From contig CANQDO010000001.1 of NCBI GenBank assembly GCA_947593355.1, positions 169 through 64,168 of the forward strand: 64,000 nucleotides of DNA, read 5' to 3'. Shown piece by piece: positions 1-10,090 of this stretch; the stretch's first letter is position 1; each line of letters opens with the position of its first letter. The notes beneath the pieces are model-generated. The model was not told the DNA's origin, did not search any database, and saw only the letters and a list, made by a program, of their open reading frames with translations. The position numbers and the translations under genes are program-made. The stretch comes from an uncultured Clostridia bacterium (GTDB taxonomy: Bacteria > Bacillota > Clostridia > TANB77 > CAG-508).

Positions 1-59
1 TATGCTATAATATCTAAATATTATAAACAAAAAACATAACATAATATCTATAACAATTA

Positions 60-87
60 TTGACATTATGACATTTTATGATAAAAT
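60..87 (+). promoter_or_regulatory. sigma-A-type promoter: TTGACA, 16-bp spacer, TAAAAT, overlapping a TGACATT direct repeat (possible operator)
   Basis: Consensus hexamers read directly from the sequence, about 80 bp upstream of the 168 ATG. The repeat is TGACATTA TGACATTT. Confidence 0.5.
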
Positions 88-167
88 AATTATGAAATTA
101 TAATAATTGAAAAATAAATGTAATAATAATTATATTTTATGAATAAGAGATATGGAGGTGTTGCTAT

Positions 168-629
168 ATGGAAAGAGAAAATGACATTGTAAAAGATGCA
201 TATTATTTAGTTAATGTATATAAACAGCATAATGTACCTATTACACAAATTCATATTCAAAAATTAATGTTTTTATTTGAAGCATACTATATGAATATGG
301 AAAATACAAACTCTTTGTATGATTGTGACTTTCAAGCATGGAATTTTGGACCTGTAGCAATTCCACTTTATAAGCAATTTAAAAAATATGGTAAGAATAA
401 TATAATACTAGATCAAGAACAAATTGCAGAAGGAAATTCAATATGTGAAGAAAAGAAAAAATTAATAGAAGAATTATTTGATGCTTTCAAAGAATTTACA
501 GCAATGGAATTGGTTAATTTTACACATGCAGATGGCTCACCTTGGAAAGAAGCATGGGAAGAAAAAGAATATTCTATTATTTCAAAAGAAAAGATGAAAA
601 GTTGGTTTTCTAAATATGTCAAAAAATAA
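168..629 (+). CDS. Panacea / DUF4065 (SocA/PanA-like) antitoxin-domain protein
   Basis: The translation carries the DUF4065 signature (IQKLMFLFEAYYM...FQAWNFGPVAIPLYKQF). There is a GGAGG RBS-like sequence upstream. The gene overlaps the downstream gene by 14 nt. Confidence 0.7.
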   Translation: MERENDIVKDAYYLVNVYKQHNVPITQIHIQKLMFLFEAYYMNMENTNSLYDCDFQAWNFGPVAIPLYKQFKKYGKNNIILDQEQIAEGNSICEEKKKLIEELFDAFKEFTAMELVNFTHADGSPWKEAWEEKEYSIISKEKMKSWFSKYVKK

Positions 630-1416
630 GAAAAATAAAAATTTGAATAATGTGAGCAGTTCAAATATAGATGTTAATAAAATATTAGATGCAATCAAAA
701 AAGTAATAAAAGCTACGGAAGAAGATGAATATTTAGATTATTGTAATAAATATTTTGGAGAAGACCTTGAAAATTATGATATTGAAGATTTAAAAATAAT
801 ATATGAAGTGGGTAATGGTTTACTAAATCAATATTTGGTTACAGAAAAGGGATCTTGCGATAATCAAATATTGATGCAATTACAATATATAATGAATACA
901 GTTATGTATAATATTATACAAAAGCAAATAAGTCGTTCTGGAAAACAATCTTCAGAATTAGATGCTAAATTAGAAACTAATATACAAGAAGCAAAAAAAT
1001 TAAAAGAAAGTTTACAAGAAGAAAGTAAAGAAATAAAGCATGTGAAAAATGATTTAAAAACTATAATTACAGTTATAATATCAGTAGTGTTAACAATATC
1101 AATTGTACCATCAGCTATAGTAGGAATACAACATATATCTGCTGATTACATATTGCCATTTTTAGCAAGTATTATTCTATTTGGTATTATAATGATTACA
1201 TTTGTATATAGTATATATCAAGATAAACTAAAGTCTTCTACATGGACGGTTTTACTGCTGGCAACAGTGCTGTGCATTATATTTTGGTGCATAGGTTTGA
1301 ATATAACTATTGATAAAGAACATAAGGGGGAAGGTGCAACAGAAAGAATATTAACTACAACGGAAAGTGCAACAGAAAAAACACTAAATACAACAGTAAA
1401 TGAGTTACCAGAATAA
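616..1416 (+). CDS. coiled-coil plus three-TM membrane protein with a C-terminal T/E-rich internal repeat; candidate toxin or effector partner of the Panacea protein
   Basis: The ORF overlaps the upstream gene, which suggests translational coupling. There are three hydrophobic helices at about aa 150-230 and a repeat GATERILTTTE/SATEKTLNTTV. I recognise no known family. Confidence 0.55.
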   Translation: MSKNKKNKNLNNVSSSNIDVNKILDAIKKVIKATEEDEYLDYCNKYFGEDLENYDIEDLKIIYEVGNGLLNQYLVTEKGSCDNQILMQLQYIMNTVMYNIIQKQISRSGKQSSELDAKLETNIQEAKKLKESLQEESKEIKHVKNDLKTIITVIISVVLTISIVPSAIVGIQHISADYILPFLASIILFGIIMITFVYSIYQDKLKSSTWTVLLLATVLCIIFWCIGLNITIDKEHKGEGATERILTTTESATEKTLNTTVNELPE

Positions 1417-1690
1417 AGTGGAAAATTTAAACCAATAATAACAACTTAAAGCAAATAAAAATTATAAATAGTTATATAAGAGTGGACTATAATTGTTAAA
1501 TATATTATGGTTCACTTTATTTTTTACGGTTCAAAGTAGCTTTTTTAAAAAAATTATAATAATATTTTCTATTAATGATATTTCATTTATGTGAAAAAAA
1601 GGCGAATAATATTGCTTTTTGTATTTGGTTATGATATGGTATAATATATGAAAAACATAACAAACAAGGTATATTGAAAGGAAATAAATT

Positions 1691-2689
1691 ATGAAAAAGC
1701 AATATATATTGATGTGTAGTAATCCAGCAAATGATTTTGTTTCAAATATATTTTCAGATTTATTTAAATCAAATAAAATAAAATGTTGTAGTGTAAACAA
1801 GAAAAAAATAAAAAATATTTTCTTAAAAGCTATACAAAGGGTACATTTAAGTTATAAAATATCAAAAGTAATCAAATTACCTTTAAAAAAAATATGGTAT
1901 GATTTTTCAGAGTTCGAATTTAATGATATAGATGAATATTATATTATTGTCACCACAAATTTATTTTTTGATTATGATATTTCTATTTTTAAAGAACTTA
2001 GTAAACATAAAAATGTAAAATTAGTATTAATTTTATGGGATACAGTTGGAGTAGATACTCCGGTTGGCAGAAAAATAGCTGAAATATATAAATATAAAAT
2101 ATGGAATTATATTTTTTCTTATGACATAAATGATGCTAAAAAACATAACTTTCACTATTTAAACGAACATTATTATTCAAAGCCACAAATAGAAGAAAAT
2201 GTACCAATAACAAGTGATGCATATTTTATAGGTGGATTAAAACCAGGAAGAGTTAATGAAAATGTAGAATTGTTTGAATATTTGAAAAAAAATGGTATAA
2301 ATGCAAAATTTGATATTGTAAAAAATGACGGAAGAACTTTAGATTATAGTGCAGAAGGTTTTAGAGTTTTAAATAAAAGACAACCATATTTAAATATTGC
2401 ACAAGAAGTGCAATCTACCAACTGCATTATAGAATTTTTGCAAAAAGGTCAACATGCGCAATCTTTAAGGTACTTTGAGGCAGTATGTTTTAATAAAAAA
2501 TTACTTACCAATAATGAAAATGTAAAAAATTTAAAATATTATAACGAAAAATATATGAAAGTATTTTCAAATTTTGAAGATATAGATATAGAATGGGTAA
2601 AAACGAAAGAACAAATTAATTATGGGTATAATGGCGAATTTTCACCATTGTATATTATAGATGAAATTGAAAAATTGGAGAAAAAATGA
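1691..2689 (+). CDS. hypothetical soluble protein, first gene of the polysaccharide operon (possible transferase)
   Basis: Good RBS (AAAGGAAAT) and ATG. The stop overlaps the wzx start (ATGA). No family recognised from the sequence. Confidence 0.45.
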   Translation: MKKQYILMCSNPANDFVSNIFSDLFKSNKIKCCSVNKKKIKNIFLKAIQRVHLSYKISKVIKLPLKKIWYDFSEFEFNDIDEYYIIVTTNLFFDYDISIFKELSKHKNVKLVLILWDTVGVDTPVGRKIAEIYKYKIWNYIFSYDINDAKKHNFHYLNEHYYSKPQIEENVPITSDAYFIGGLKPGRVNENVELFEYLKKNGINAKFDIVKNDGRTLDYSAEGFRVLNKRQPYLNIAQEVQSTNCIIEFLQKGQHAQSLRYFEAVCFNKKLLTNNENVKNLKYYNEKYMKVFSNFEDIDIEWVKTKEQINYGYNGEFSPLYIIDEIEKLEKK

Positions 2690-4149
2690 AAGAAAAATCA
2701 ATTAAAATAAATGCTATTATAAATGCAATAAAAGTTGCAATGTCTATTATATTCCCAATAATTACTTTCCCTTATGCATCAAGAGTTTTAGGTGCAGATA
2801 ATATAGGGAAAGTTCAATTTGCGTCTTCAATAATTGTGTACTTATCATTAATAGCAGCTTTAGGAATAGATACATATGCTACACGTGAAGGTTCAATAAT
2901 TAGAAATGATAAGCAAAAATTACAGAAGCTTGCGAATCAAATTTTTACAATTAATATTATAACTACTGCAATTACATATTTAATAATGGCAGTGCTTTTA
3001 ATATTGCCAACTAAACTAGTAGATTATAGGCTATTAATTATTATACAAAGTATGGGAATTTTATTTACAACGGTGGGCGTAGACTGGATATATAATATAC
3101 ATGAAGATTATGCATATATAACTAAAAAAAGTATCTTAACGCAAATAATATCTATGGTATTATTGTTCTTGTTTGTAAAGAAAAGCGAAGATTATTATAT
3201 ATATGCACTAATATCAGTAATTGCAACAGGAAGCGTAAATATAGTTAATTTTATACATGCTAGAAAATATTGTAAGTTAAGATTAGTAAAAAATGTAGAA
3301 TGGCATAAACATTTTAAGTCAATGATAGTTATGTTTTCTAATGCGTTGGCTGTAAATATATATGTTAATTCAGATGTTATTTTATTAGGAATGATGTCTA
3401 ATGATTTTACAGTTGGTTTGTATGCAGTTAGTGTTAAGGTATATAGCATTATCAAAAAAATGCTCAATGCGGTTACTAGTGTAACGCTTCCAAGAATGTC
3501 TTTATATGCTAATGAAGATAAAGAAAAGTATGAATATTTATTGGAAAAATTACTGAAAACAATACTTACATTAATTATTCCTGCAATCTTAGGCATTATA
3601 ATTTTAAGTAAACAAATTGTACTTTTAATAGCAGGTAGAGAATATATAGAAGCAACAACGTCACTTGTAATATTAAGTATTGCTTTAGGTTTTGCAACAA
3701 TAGGGAATATTTTTATTAATGGAATTTTAATACCAAATAAACAAGAAAAACATGCATTTAAAGCAACTTTGATAGCAGCTATTTTAAATATAGGTCTTAA
3801 TTTTATAGCAATACCATTATGGGGGCAAAACGGTGCTGCAATAACAACAGTAATAGCTGAATTAGCAGTATGCATAGTTTGTTTTTGCTATGCCATTAAA
3901 ATTTATAAATTTAAAAATTTAAAACGAACTATAATAATTAGTTTAATTTCTTGTATATCAATTGTTGTTGTAGCAGAGTTAATAAAATTATTTATAACAA
4001 ATAATATAGCACAAACCTTACTAATTTGCTTTGGTGGAGTAGCTTCTTATGGAATAGTAAGCATATTATTAAAAAATGAAATTATTTTAGAAACTTTGGG
4101 TCAAATAAAGGATAAAGTTCAAAAAGTTTTTTCTAAAAATAAAGAGTAA
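2686..4149 (+). CDS. wzx: Wzx-type oligosaccharide flippase (MOP/polysaccharide biosynthesis protein family)
   Basis: 487 aa with about 12-14 TM helices and a typical Wzx N-terminus (VAMSIIFPIITFPYASRVLGADNIGKVQF). Confidence 0.8.
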   Translation: MKEKSIKINAIINAIKVAMSIIFPIITFPYASRVLGADNIGKVQFASSIIVYLSLIAALGIDTYATREGSIIRNDKQKLQKLANQIFTINIITTAITYLIMAVLLILPTKLVDYRLLIIIQSMGILFTTVGVDWIYNIHEDYAYITKKSILTQIISMVLLFLFVKKSEDYYIYALISVIATGSVNIVNFIHARKYCKLRLVKNVEWHKHFKSMIVMFSNALAVNIYVNSDVILLGMMSNDFTVGLYAVSVKVYSIIKKMLNAVTSVTLPRMSLYANEDKEKYEYLLEKLLKTILTLIIPAILGIIILSKQIVLLIAGREYIEATTSLVILSIALGFATIGNIFINGILIPNKQEKHAFKATLIAAILNIGLNFIAIPLWGQNGAAITTVIAELAVCIVCFCYAIKIYKFKNLKRTIIISLISCISIVVVAELIKLFITNNIAQTLLICFGGVASYGIVSILLKNEIILETLGQIKDKVQKVFSKNKE

Positions 4150-4435
4150 AAATAAAGTAAAAAACATATATAAGAATATATAAGTAAATAATTAGTATGT
4201 GTGTGTTGCAAAATACTATAATATGTAAAAAATTGTAAATTATTCCAGAAACAATGATAAAGTATGCAAAATGTTACAATAATGCATTTATAAATATTTA
4301 GAATAGTGTCATTAATTTGCGAAAATCATTGATTTTTATGTTTTTATATGTTATATTATGAAATAATAAATTTAGAAAAATATGTATAATTTCCAATGAA
4401 CGTTTGTATTAAATTAATTAAGCGAGGTGGTAATA

Positions 4436-5194
4436 GTGCAGACGGAAAAAGTGGCAATGGAAACTGTATCAGATATATCACAAAATCAAGAAATGGAAGC
4501 GATAAATCAAGTACGTAAAATTATAAATGCTCAAAAAAATATAGAAGAAACAAAGAAATTTTTTAGTATAAAGAATATAGAAAAAGGAATTAAAAGGGTT
4601 TTTGATATTTTTGTAGGAGTTATTGGTGTTGTATTACTAATACCAATAACTATTGTTGTGTATATAATAAATAAAATTATAAAAGAAGATGATGGACCTA
4701 TATTTTATAAACAAACAAGAATTGGAAAAGGTGGCAAGCATTTTACAATATATAAGTATAGAACAATGATAGTAGATGCCGATAAAGTTTTAGATGAATA
4801 TTTAGAACAAAATCCTGAAAGGAAAAAGGAGTTTGAGGCAAATCAAAAACTAACTAATGATCCTAGAATTACTAAATTAGGAAAAATATTAAGAAAAACA
4901 AGCATGGATGAGTTACCACAACTTATTAATATACTAAAAGGAGATATGAGTTTAATTGGCCCAAGACCAATAGTTGATAGAGAAGTTGAACTTTTTGGCG
5001 ATAGTATGCCAATAGTACATAGTGTAAGGCCAGGAATAACAGGTTACTGGGCAGTAAACGGAAGAAGTACAACAACATATGCAGAAAGAGTTCAAATGGA
5101 AAGATATTATGCAGAACACTTTTCTTTATGGCTTGATATAAAAATATTCTTTAAAACATTTATTACAGTTTTAAAAAGAGAAGGGGCACTTTAG
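4436..5194 (+). CDS. undecaprenyl-phosphate sugar phosphotransferase (small bacterial sugar transferase, PglC/WbaP C-terminal-domain type)
   Basis: Hallmark motif DELPQLINILKGDMSLIGPRP and a single N-terminal TM. The start was chosen at GTG 4436 after GAGGTGG; the track start at 4427 lacks the spacing. Confidence 0.85.
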   Translation: MQTEKVAMETVSDISQNQEMEAINQVRKIINAQKNIEETKKFFSIKNIEKGIKRVFDIFVGVIGVVLLIPITIVVYIINKIIKEDDGPIFYKQTRIGKGGKHFTIYKYRTMIVDADKVLDEYLEQNPERKKEFEANQKLTNDPRITKLGKILRKTSMDELPQLINILKGDMSLIGPRPIVDREVELFGDSMPIVHSVRPGITGYWAVNGRSTTTYAERVQMERYYAEHFSLWLDIKIFFKTFITVLKREGAL

Positions 5195-5243
5195 TATAAA
5201 ATTAATTTATATTCCAAATAAGTTGAAAGGATTGAAGTTTAAT

Positions 5244-6026
5244 ATGGAAGATGTAAAAATAATTGTAGCAGCCCATAAAAAGTATGAAATGCCAAAAGAT
5301 AGTATGTATTTACCGATTCAAGTAGGAAGTAAGGGCAAAGAAAAAATTGGTTATCAAACAGATGATGTAGGCGATAACATTTCTGAAAAAAATCCATATT
5401 TTTGTGAACTTACGGGAATATATTCAGCTTGGAAAAATTTAAATGCTAAATATATAGGACTAAATCATTATAGAAGATATTTTGCATCCGAAAAACAAAA
5501 TCCTAAAAAATCTAGAATAGATAATATAGCAACAAGAGAACAAATTGAGAAAAAACTTGAAAATGTAGATATTATATTACCTAAAAAAAGAAATTATTAT
5601 ATAGAAAATTTATACTCTCATTATGAGCATACAATGCACATTGAACCATTAGATGAAACTCGAAAAATAATAGAAGAAAAGTACCCAGAGTATATACCTG
5701 AATTTGATAAATTACATAAAAGAACTTCAGCACACATGTTTAATATGTTTGTTATGAAAAAAGAAGTATTAGATGAATATTGTACATGGTTATTTGATAT
5801 CTTATTTGAATTAGAAAAAAGAGTAGATGTTACAAAATATGATACATTCCATGCAAGATTTTTCGGAAGAGTATCTGAACTACTATTAGATGTATGGATA
5901 AACACCAATGGCTTAAAATATGAAGAAATTAAAGTTATGAATATAGAAAAAGTAAATTGGCTAAAAAAAGGTAGTGCGTTTTTAATGGCTAAATTTGCTG
6001 GTAAAAAATATGAAAAGAGCTTTTAA
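5244..6026 (+). CDS. DUF4422-family putative glycosyltransferase
   Basis: N-terminus KIIVAAHKKYEMPKDSMYLPIQVG...NISEKNPYFCELTGIYSAWKN...LNHYRRYF matches the DUF4422 pattern. The ATG at 5244 is preferred over the TTG at 5223. Confidence 0.7.
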   Translation: MEDVKIIVAAHKKYEMPKDSMYLPIQVGSKGKEKIGYQTDDVGDNISEKNPYFCELTGIYSAWKNLNAKYIGLNHYRRYFASEKQNPKKSRIDNIATREQIEKKLENVDIILPKKRNYYIENLYSHYEHTMHIEPLDETRKIIEEKYPEYIPEFDKLHKRTSAHMFNMFVMKKEVLDEYCTWLFDILFELEKRVDVTKYDTFHARFFGRVSELLLDVWINTNGLKYEEIKVMNIEKVNWLKKGSAFLMAKFAGKKYEKSF

Positions 6027-6028
6027 AA

Positions 6029-7006
6029 ATGGAAGATTTAATAACAATAGTTATACCTATATATAATGTAGAAAAATATTTAGAAAAATGCTTACAAAGC
6101 GTTATAAATCAAACTTATAATAATATAGAAATAATATTAGTAGATGATGGTTCACCAGATAATTGTGGGTCTATTTGTGATGATTATGCTAAAAAAGATA
6201 GTAGAATTAAAGTAATTCATAAAGAAAATGGTGGATTATCAGATGCGAGAAATGCAGGAATAAAAGTTGCTACAGGAAAGTACATTACTTTTTTAGATTC
6301 AGACGATTATGTAACTTCTGATTATATAGAATATTTATATAAATTAATAAAAAAATATAATGTAAAACTATCTATTTGCAAATTACAAATAGTATGGAAG
6401 GATATAAAAGTTCAAGATGAATCTAGTTTAGAAGATGTATGTTTAGATGTAAAAGGTGCATACAAAAATCTTTTATTTCAACAGGGAATAGATATTTCTG
6501 CAAATGCAAAACTTTATTTAACAGAATTATGGAAAAATTATGAATTTCCAAAAGGAAAAGTATATGAAGATACAGCTGTTATTTATAAATTAATTGAAGA
6601 AGCACAAAATGTTGCTTTTGGAAACAAAGAGTGCTATTACTATATTGCAAGGGAAGGTTCTATTTCTAAAAAACAAGGGTTTAATAAAAATGAAGAAGAT
6701 TATATAGAACATACAAACCAAATGTTGAGCTACATAAGAGAAAAATATCCAGAATTAGAAGATGCAGTAAGTAGATATGACGTATATGCTAATTTTAGAA
6801 TTCTTAAAATACTAATTTTTACAAAACCTAGAAATAAACAAATGGAAAAAGAAGTTGTTTCTAAAATAAAAGAAAAGCAAGAGGTAGTTTTTAAATGTAA
6901 AGACACTCCAAAGAGAGATAAAATAGCAATAATACTTTTAAATATGGGGTTACCATTTTTTAGAGTATTTTGGTTGTTATATAGAAAACTTACTAAAAGA
7001 ATTTAA
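6029..7006 (+). CDS. family 2 glycosyltransferase
   Basis: IVIPIYNVEKYLEKCLQSVINQTY...IEIILVDDGSPD...DSDD, a GT-A fold with DxD. Confidence 0.85.
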   Translation: MEDLITIVIPIYNVEKYLEKCLQSVINQTYNNIEIILVDDGSPDNCGSICDDYAKKDSRIKVIHKENGGLSDARNAGIKVATGKYITFLDSDDYVTSDYIEYLYKLIKKYNVKLSICKLQIVWKDIKVQDESSLEDVCLDVKGAYKNLLFQQGIDISANAKLYLTELWKNYEFPKGKVYEDTAVIYKLIEEAQNVAFGNKECYYYIAREGSISKKQGFNKNEEDYIEHTNQMLSYIREKYPELEDAVSRYDVYANFRILKILIFTKPRNKQMEKEVVSKIKEKQEVVFKCKDTPKRDKIAIILLNMGLPFFRVFWLLYRKLTKRI

Positions 7007-7065
7007 ATAACAAGGAATTCTAAAAAATTAATTAAAATTTTAAAATAAAAGAAAAGGTAAATAAA

Positions 7066-8064
7066 ATGGAAGATAAAATTGATTTTGTCATTTTATGGGT
7101 AGATGGAAATGATCCAAATTGGCAAGAAGAAAGAAATAAATATAGAAATGATATTCATAATGATAATAGAGCAGTAAGATTTAGAGATTGGGATAATTTA
7201 AAATATTGGTTTAGAGGAGTTGAAAAATATGCACCATGGGTAAACAAAATACATTTTGTTACATGGGGGCATTTGCCTGAATTTTTAAATACCAATAATC
7301 CCAAATTAAATATTGTAAATCACAAAGATTTTATACCAGAAAAATACTTACCAACATTTAATTCAAATACAATAGAACTAAACTTACATAGAATAAAAGG
7401 TTTGCAAGAGCAATTTGTTTATTTTAATGATGACGTTTTTGTTATAAATGATGTAAAGCCTACAGACTTTTTCAAGAATGGTAAGCCTTGTGATACAGCA
7501 ATATTATCACCTATTATTAAAGAAGACAAAATGGGAATTGCATCAATACAAATAAATAATATGGGAATTATTAACCATTATTATAAAAAAAATGTACAAA
7601 TAAAGAAAAACTTTTCAAAGTTTTTTAATTTTAAATATGGAATGCAAAATATAAAAAGTATATTATTGTACCCATGGGAAAACTTTACAGGTTTTTACCA
7701 ATTTCACATTACTTCAAATTTATTAAAGAGCACTTATGAAGAATTATGGAATAAAGAAAATGAAGAATTAGACTATACTTGTAGTCATAAATTTAGAGAT
7801 TTAAGGCAAGATCTAAATCAATGGTTAATGAAAGACTGGCAATTGGCTAGTGGTAATTTTAACCCAAGAAAATATCATTTTGGAAAGCTTTATATGTTAC
7901 AAAATGAAAATGATGCAGAAAAGATATTTAAGAATAATAAGTATAAAGTTATTTGCTTGAATGATTCAGAACATATAAGTGAAGAAACATTTGAAAAGTT
8001 AAGAAATGATATTAAGGAACAATTTGATAATCTTTTTCCAGAAAAGTGTAGTTTTGAAAAATAA
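7066..8064 (+). CDS. Stealth-family capsule/polysaccharide hexose-1-phosphotransferase
   Basis: Stealth conserved regions are present: CR1 (DFVILWVDGNDPNW), CR2 (EKYAPWVNKIHFVTWGHLPEFL...IVNHKDFIP) and CR3 (FNSNTIELNLHRIKGL...FVYFNDDVF). Confidence 0.8.
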   Translation: MEDKIDFVILWVDGNDPNWQEERNKYRNDIHNDNRAVRFRDWDNLKYWFRGVEKYAPWVNKIHFVTWGHLPEFLNTNNPKLNIVNHKDFIPEKYLPTFNSNTIELNLHRIKGLQEQFVYFNDDVFVINDVKPTDFFKNGKPCDTAILSPIIKEDKMGIASIQINNMGIINHYYKKNVQIKKNFSKFFNFKYGMQNIKSILLYPWENFTGFYQFHITSNLLKSTYEELWNKENEELDYTCSHKFRDLRQDLNQWLMKDWQLASGNFNPRKYHFGKLYMLQNENDAEKIFKNNKYKVICLNDSEHISEETFEKLRNDIKEQFDNLFPEKCSFEK

Positions 8065-8080
8065 GTAAAGTAGGAAAGGA

Positions 8081-10036
8081 ATGAAGTTCAAAATGAAAAA
8101 AAACATTAATAAGTTTTACTATATAGGCATAATTTTATTAGTTATAAATTTCTTTTTTTCTAGAACTACTTTATTTGAAGTAAATAAATATATAGATTTA
8201 TTATTAGAGGCAACAATTGTTATTCTATTTGGTATTAAATTTATATTTCAAAAATATACAAAAAAGAAAATATTATTACTTACATTATTAGGTGCACTAA
8301 CACTATACACATCTTATGTTTGTAGAGATTATAATATTCTTTTTTGCTATTTAGCTATATTTGCAGCACAAAATACAGATATAAAGAAAACGGTTAAATG
8401 TTTGTTTTATACAACAAGCATATTATTGTTAATACATATTGTAGTGTTCTTATTTAGTTTAGCTACTGGGTTAGGAAATATAGTAGTATCACGTACAATT
8501 ACTGGTCAAAGTAGATATAACTTCTATTTAACACATCCTAATATTTTTGCAGGAATAGTATTGTGGCTTACTGCAGAGTATGTATTTTTAAGGTATGATA
8601 AAATAAAAGCATTAAATTTATGTGTAATAGGGGTTTTATATGTAATAACATATTTCTTTACAGCATCTAGAACAGCATTACTTGCATCAATCTTTTTTAT
8701 GGTGTTAGTAATTTTATCTAAACATAAAAAATGTAAAGAAATAATTAATATAGTAGCAAGATGGAGTTTTATATCAGTAGCATTAATTACAGCATTGTTA
8801 ATATTCATTTATGCAAATTTTAATAATCCTATCATAACAAAAATAGATCAAACATTAAGTTATAGAATATCATTAGGTAGCACTGCTGTGCAAAAATACG
8901 GTGTAGGCTTAATAACTAGAGATATTGATTTAGATGAGGAAGTTTTGTGGGCATATGGAAAATATAAAGACTTAAACATAGACTCTTTATATACAAGAAG
9001 TTTTATAGTGTATGGCATTATATACATATTAATATTTGAATTGGGCTTTTACATATTAATGAAAAAGTATAAAAATAGCAATTATGGTATTTTTGTAATA
9101 CTATTTTCAGTTATTGCTTTTACAGAAAGGTACTTATTAAACCCAATTATAGGCTTTCCTATACTATTATTAACTCAAATATTTAATGAAAATGGCGAAA
9201 ATAAAAAGGCAGAAATAGATAGAGAAGTTACGTTAGAAGAATTAAGAAATATACAATTAGATTTATTAAAAGAAGTAAAAAGAATATGTGAGGAAAACAA
9301 TATTACTTATTTTTTAGGCGGAGGAACTTTGTTGGGAGCAATTAGGCATAAAGGTTATATTCCATGGGATGATGATATAGACATTATGCTACCTAGAAAA
9401 GATTATGATAAATTGATAGAAATTTTTAATGAAGAATGTAATAACAAAATGAGATTGGAAAATTATACTAACACAGAAAACTATTGTTATCCTTTTGCAA
9501 AAGTTGTAAATTTAGAAACTTTACTAATTGAAAATAATTGCAGGCAATTAGATGATTTTGGTGTATATATTGATGTGTTTCCAATAGATTATTTGCCTGA
9601 TAATGATGAAAAAATAAGAAAGATATATAAAAAATATAAATTTTTACATAGATTACTAAGGATGTATCAGTCTGATAATATTTCAAAGGTTACAAAAAAT
9701 AAATTAAAATTAGTTTTAAAAAAGACGGTATTACCAATAATGGAAGATCTTGAATTACATAAACTAATTATAAAATCAATAGATAATATGGTAAAAAAAT
9801 ATAAGAATACTAATACAGTAACTTGTATAACAGGAAAATATTTAGAAAAAGAAATTATGCCAAGTTCTTATATTGTAAGTTATGAGTTAGCAGATTTTGA
9901 AGGTGAAAAATATAAAATACCAGTAGGGTATCAAGCATATTTAACTAAACACTATGGTAATTATATGGAGTTGCCACCAAAGGAAAAGCAAGTAAGAGCA
10001 CATGAAGTTACGGCATATTGGAAAAAAATTAAATAG
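8081..10036 (+). CDS. fusion protein: N-terminal multi-TM Wzy/O-antigen-polymerase-like domain plus C-terminal LicD-family phosphotransferase domain
   Basis: About 10 TM helices in aa 1-370. The C-terminus carries the LicD signature FLGGGTLLGAIRHKGYIPWDDDIDIMLPRKDYDKL. No other Wzy candidate exists in the locus. Confidence 0.75.
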   Translation: MKFKMKKNINKFYYIGIILLVINFFFSRTTLFEVNKYIDLLLEATIVILFGIKFIFQKYTKKKILLLTLLGALTLYTSYVCRDYNILFCYLAIFAAQNTDIKKTVKCLFYTTSILLLIHIVVFLFSLATGLGNIVVSRTITGQSRYNFYLTHPNIFAGIVLWLTAEYVFLRYDKIKALNLCVIGVLYVITYFFTASRTALLASIFFMVLVILSKHKKCKEIINIVARWSFISVALITALLIFIYANFNNPIITKIDQTLSYRISLGSTAVQKYGVGLITRDIDLDEEVLWAYGKYKDLNIDSLYTRSFIVYGIIYILIFELGFYILMKKYKNSNYGIFVILFSVIAFTERYLLNPIIGFPILLLTQIFNENGENKKAEIDREVTLEELRNIQLDLLKEVKRICEENNITYFLGGGTLLGAIRHKGYIPWDDDIDIMLPRKDYDKLIEIFNEECNNKMRLENYTNTENYCYPFAKVVNLETLLIENNCRQLDDFGVYIDVFPIDYLPDNDEKIRKIYKKYKFLHRLLRMYQSDNISKVTKNKLKLVLKKTVLPIMEDLELHKLIIKSIDNMVKKYKNTNTVTCITGKYLEKEIMPSSYIVSYELADFEGEKYKIPVGYQAYLTKHYGNYMELPPKEKQVRAHEVTAYWKKIK

Positions 10037-10090
10037 ATAGAAAATTACAATTAAATTTTAATGTTAAGTAATGCACAAGGAGGTAAACAC

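Noticed and set aside
3195-3875. 226-aa antisense ORF inside wzx, and similar antisense ORFs at 36539-37081 (der), 43151-43579 (pta), 45694-46098 (ack2) and 57972-58442 (miaB).
   Set aside because: Each sits opposite a well-supported gene and has no RBS or recognisable domains.
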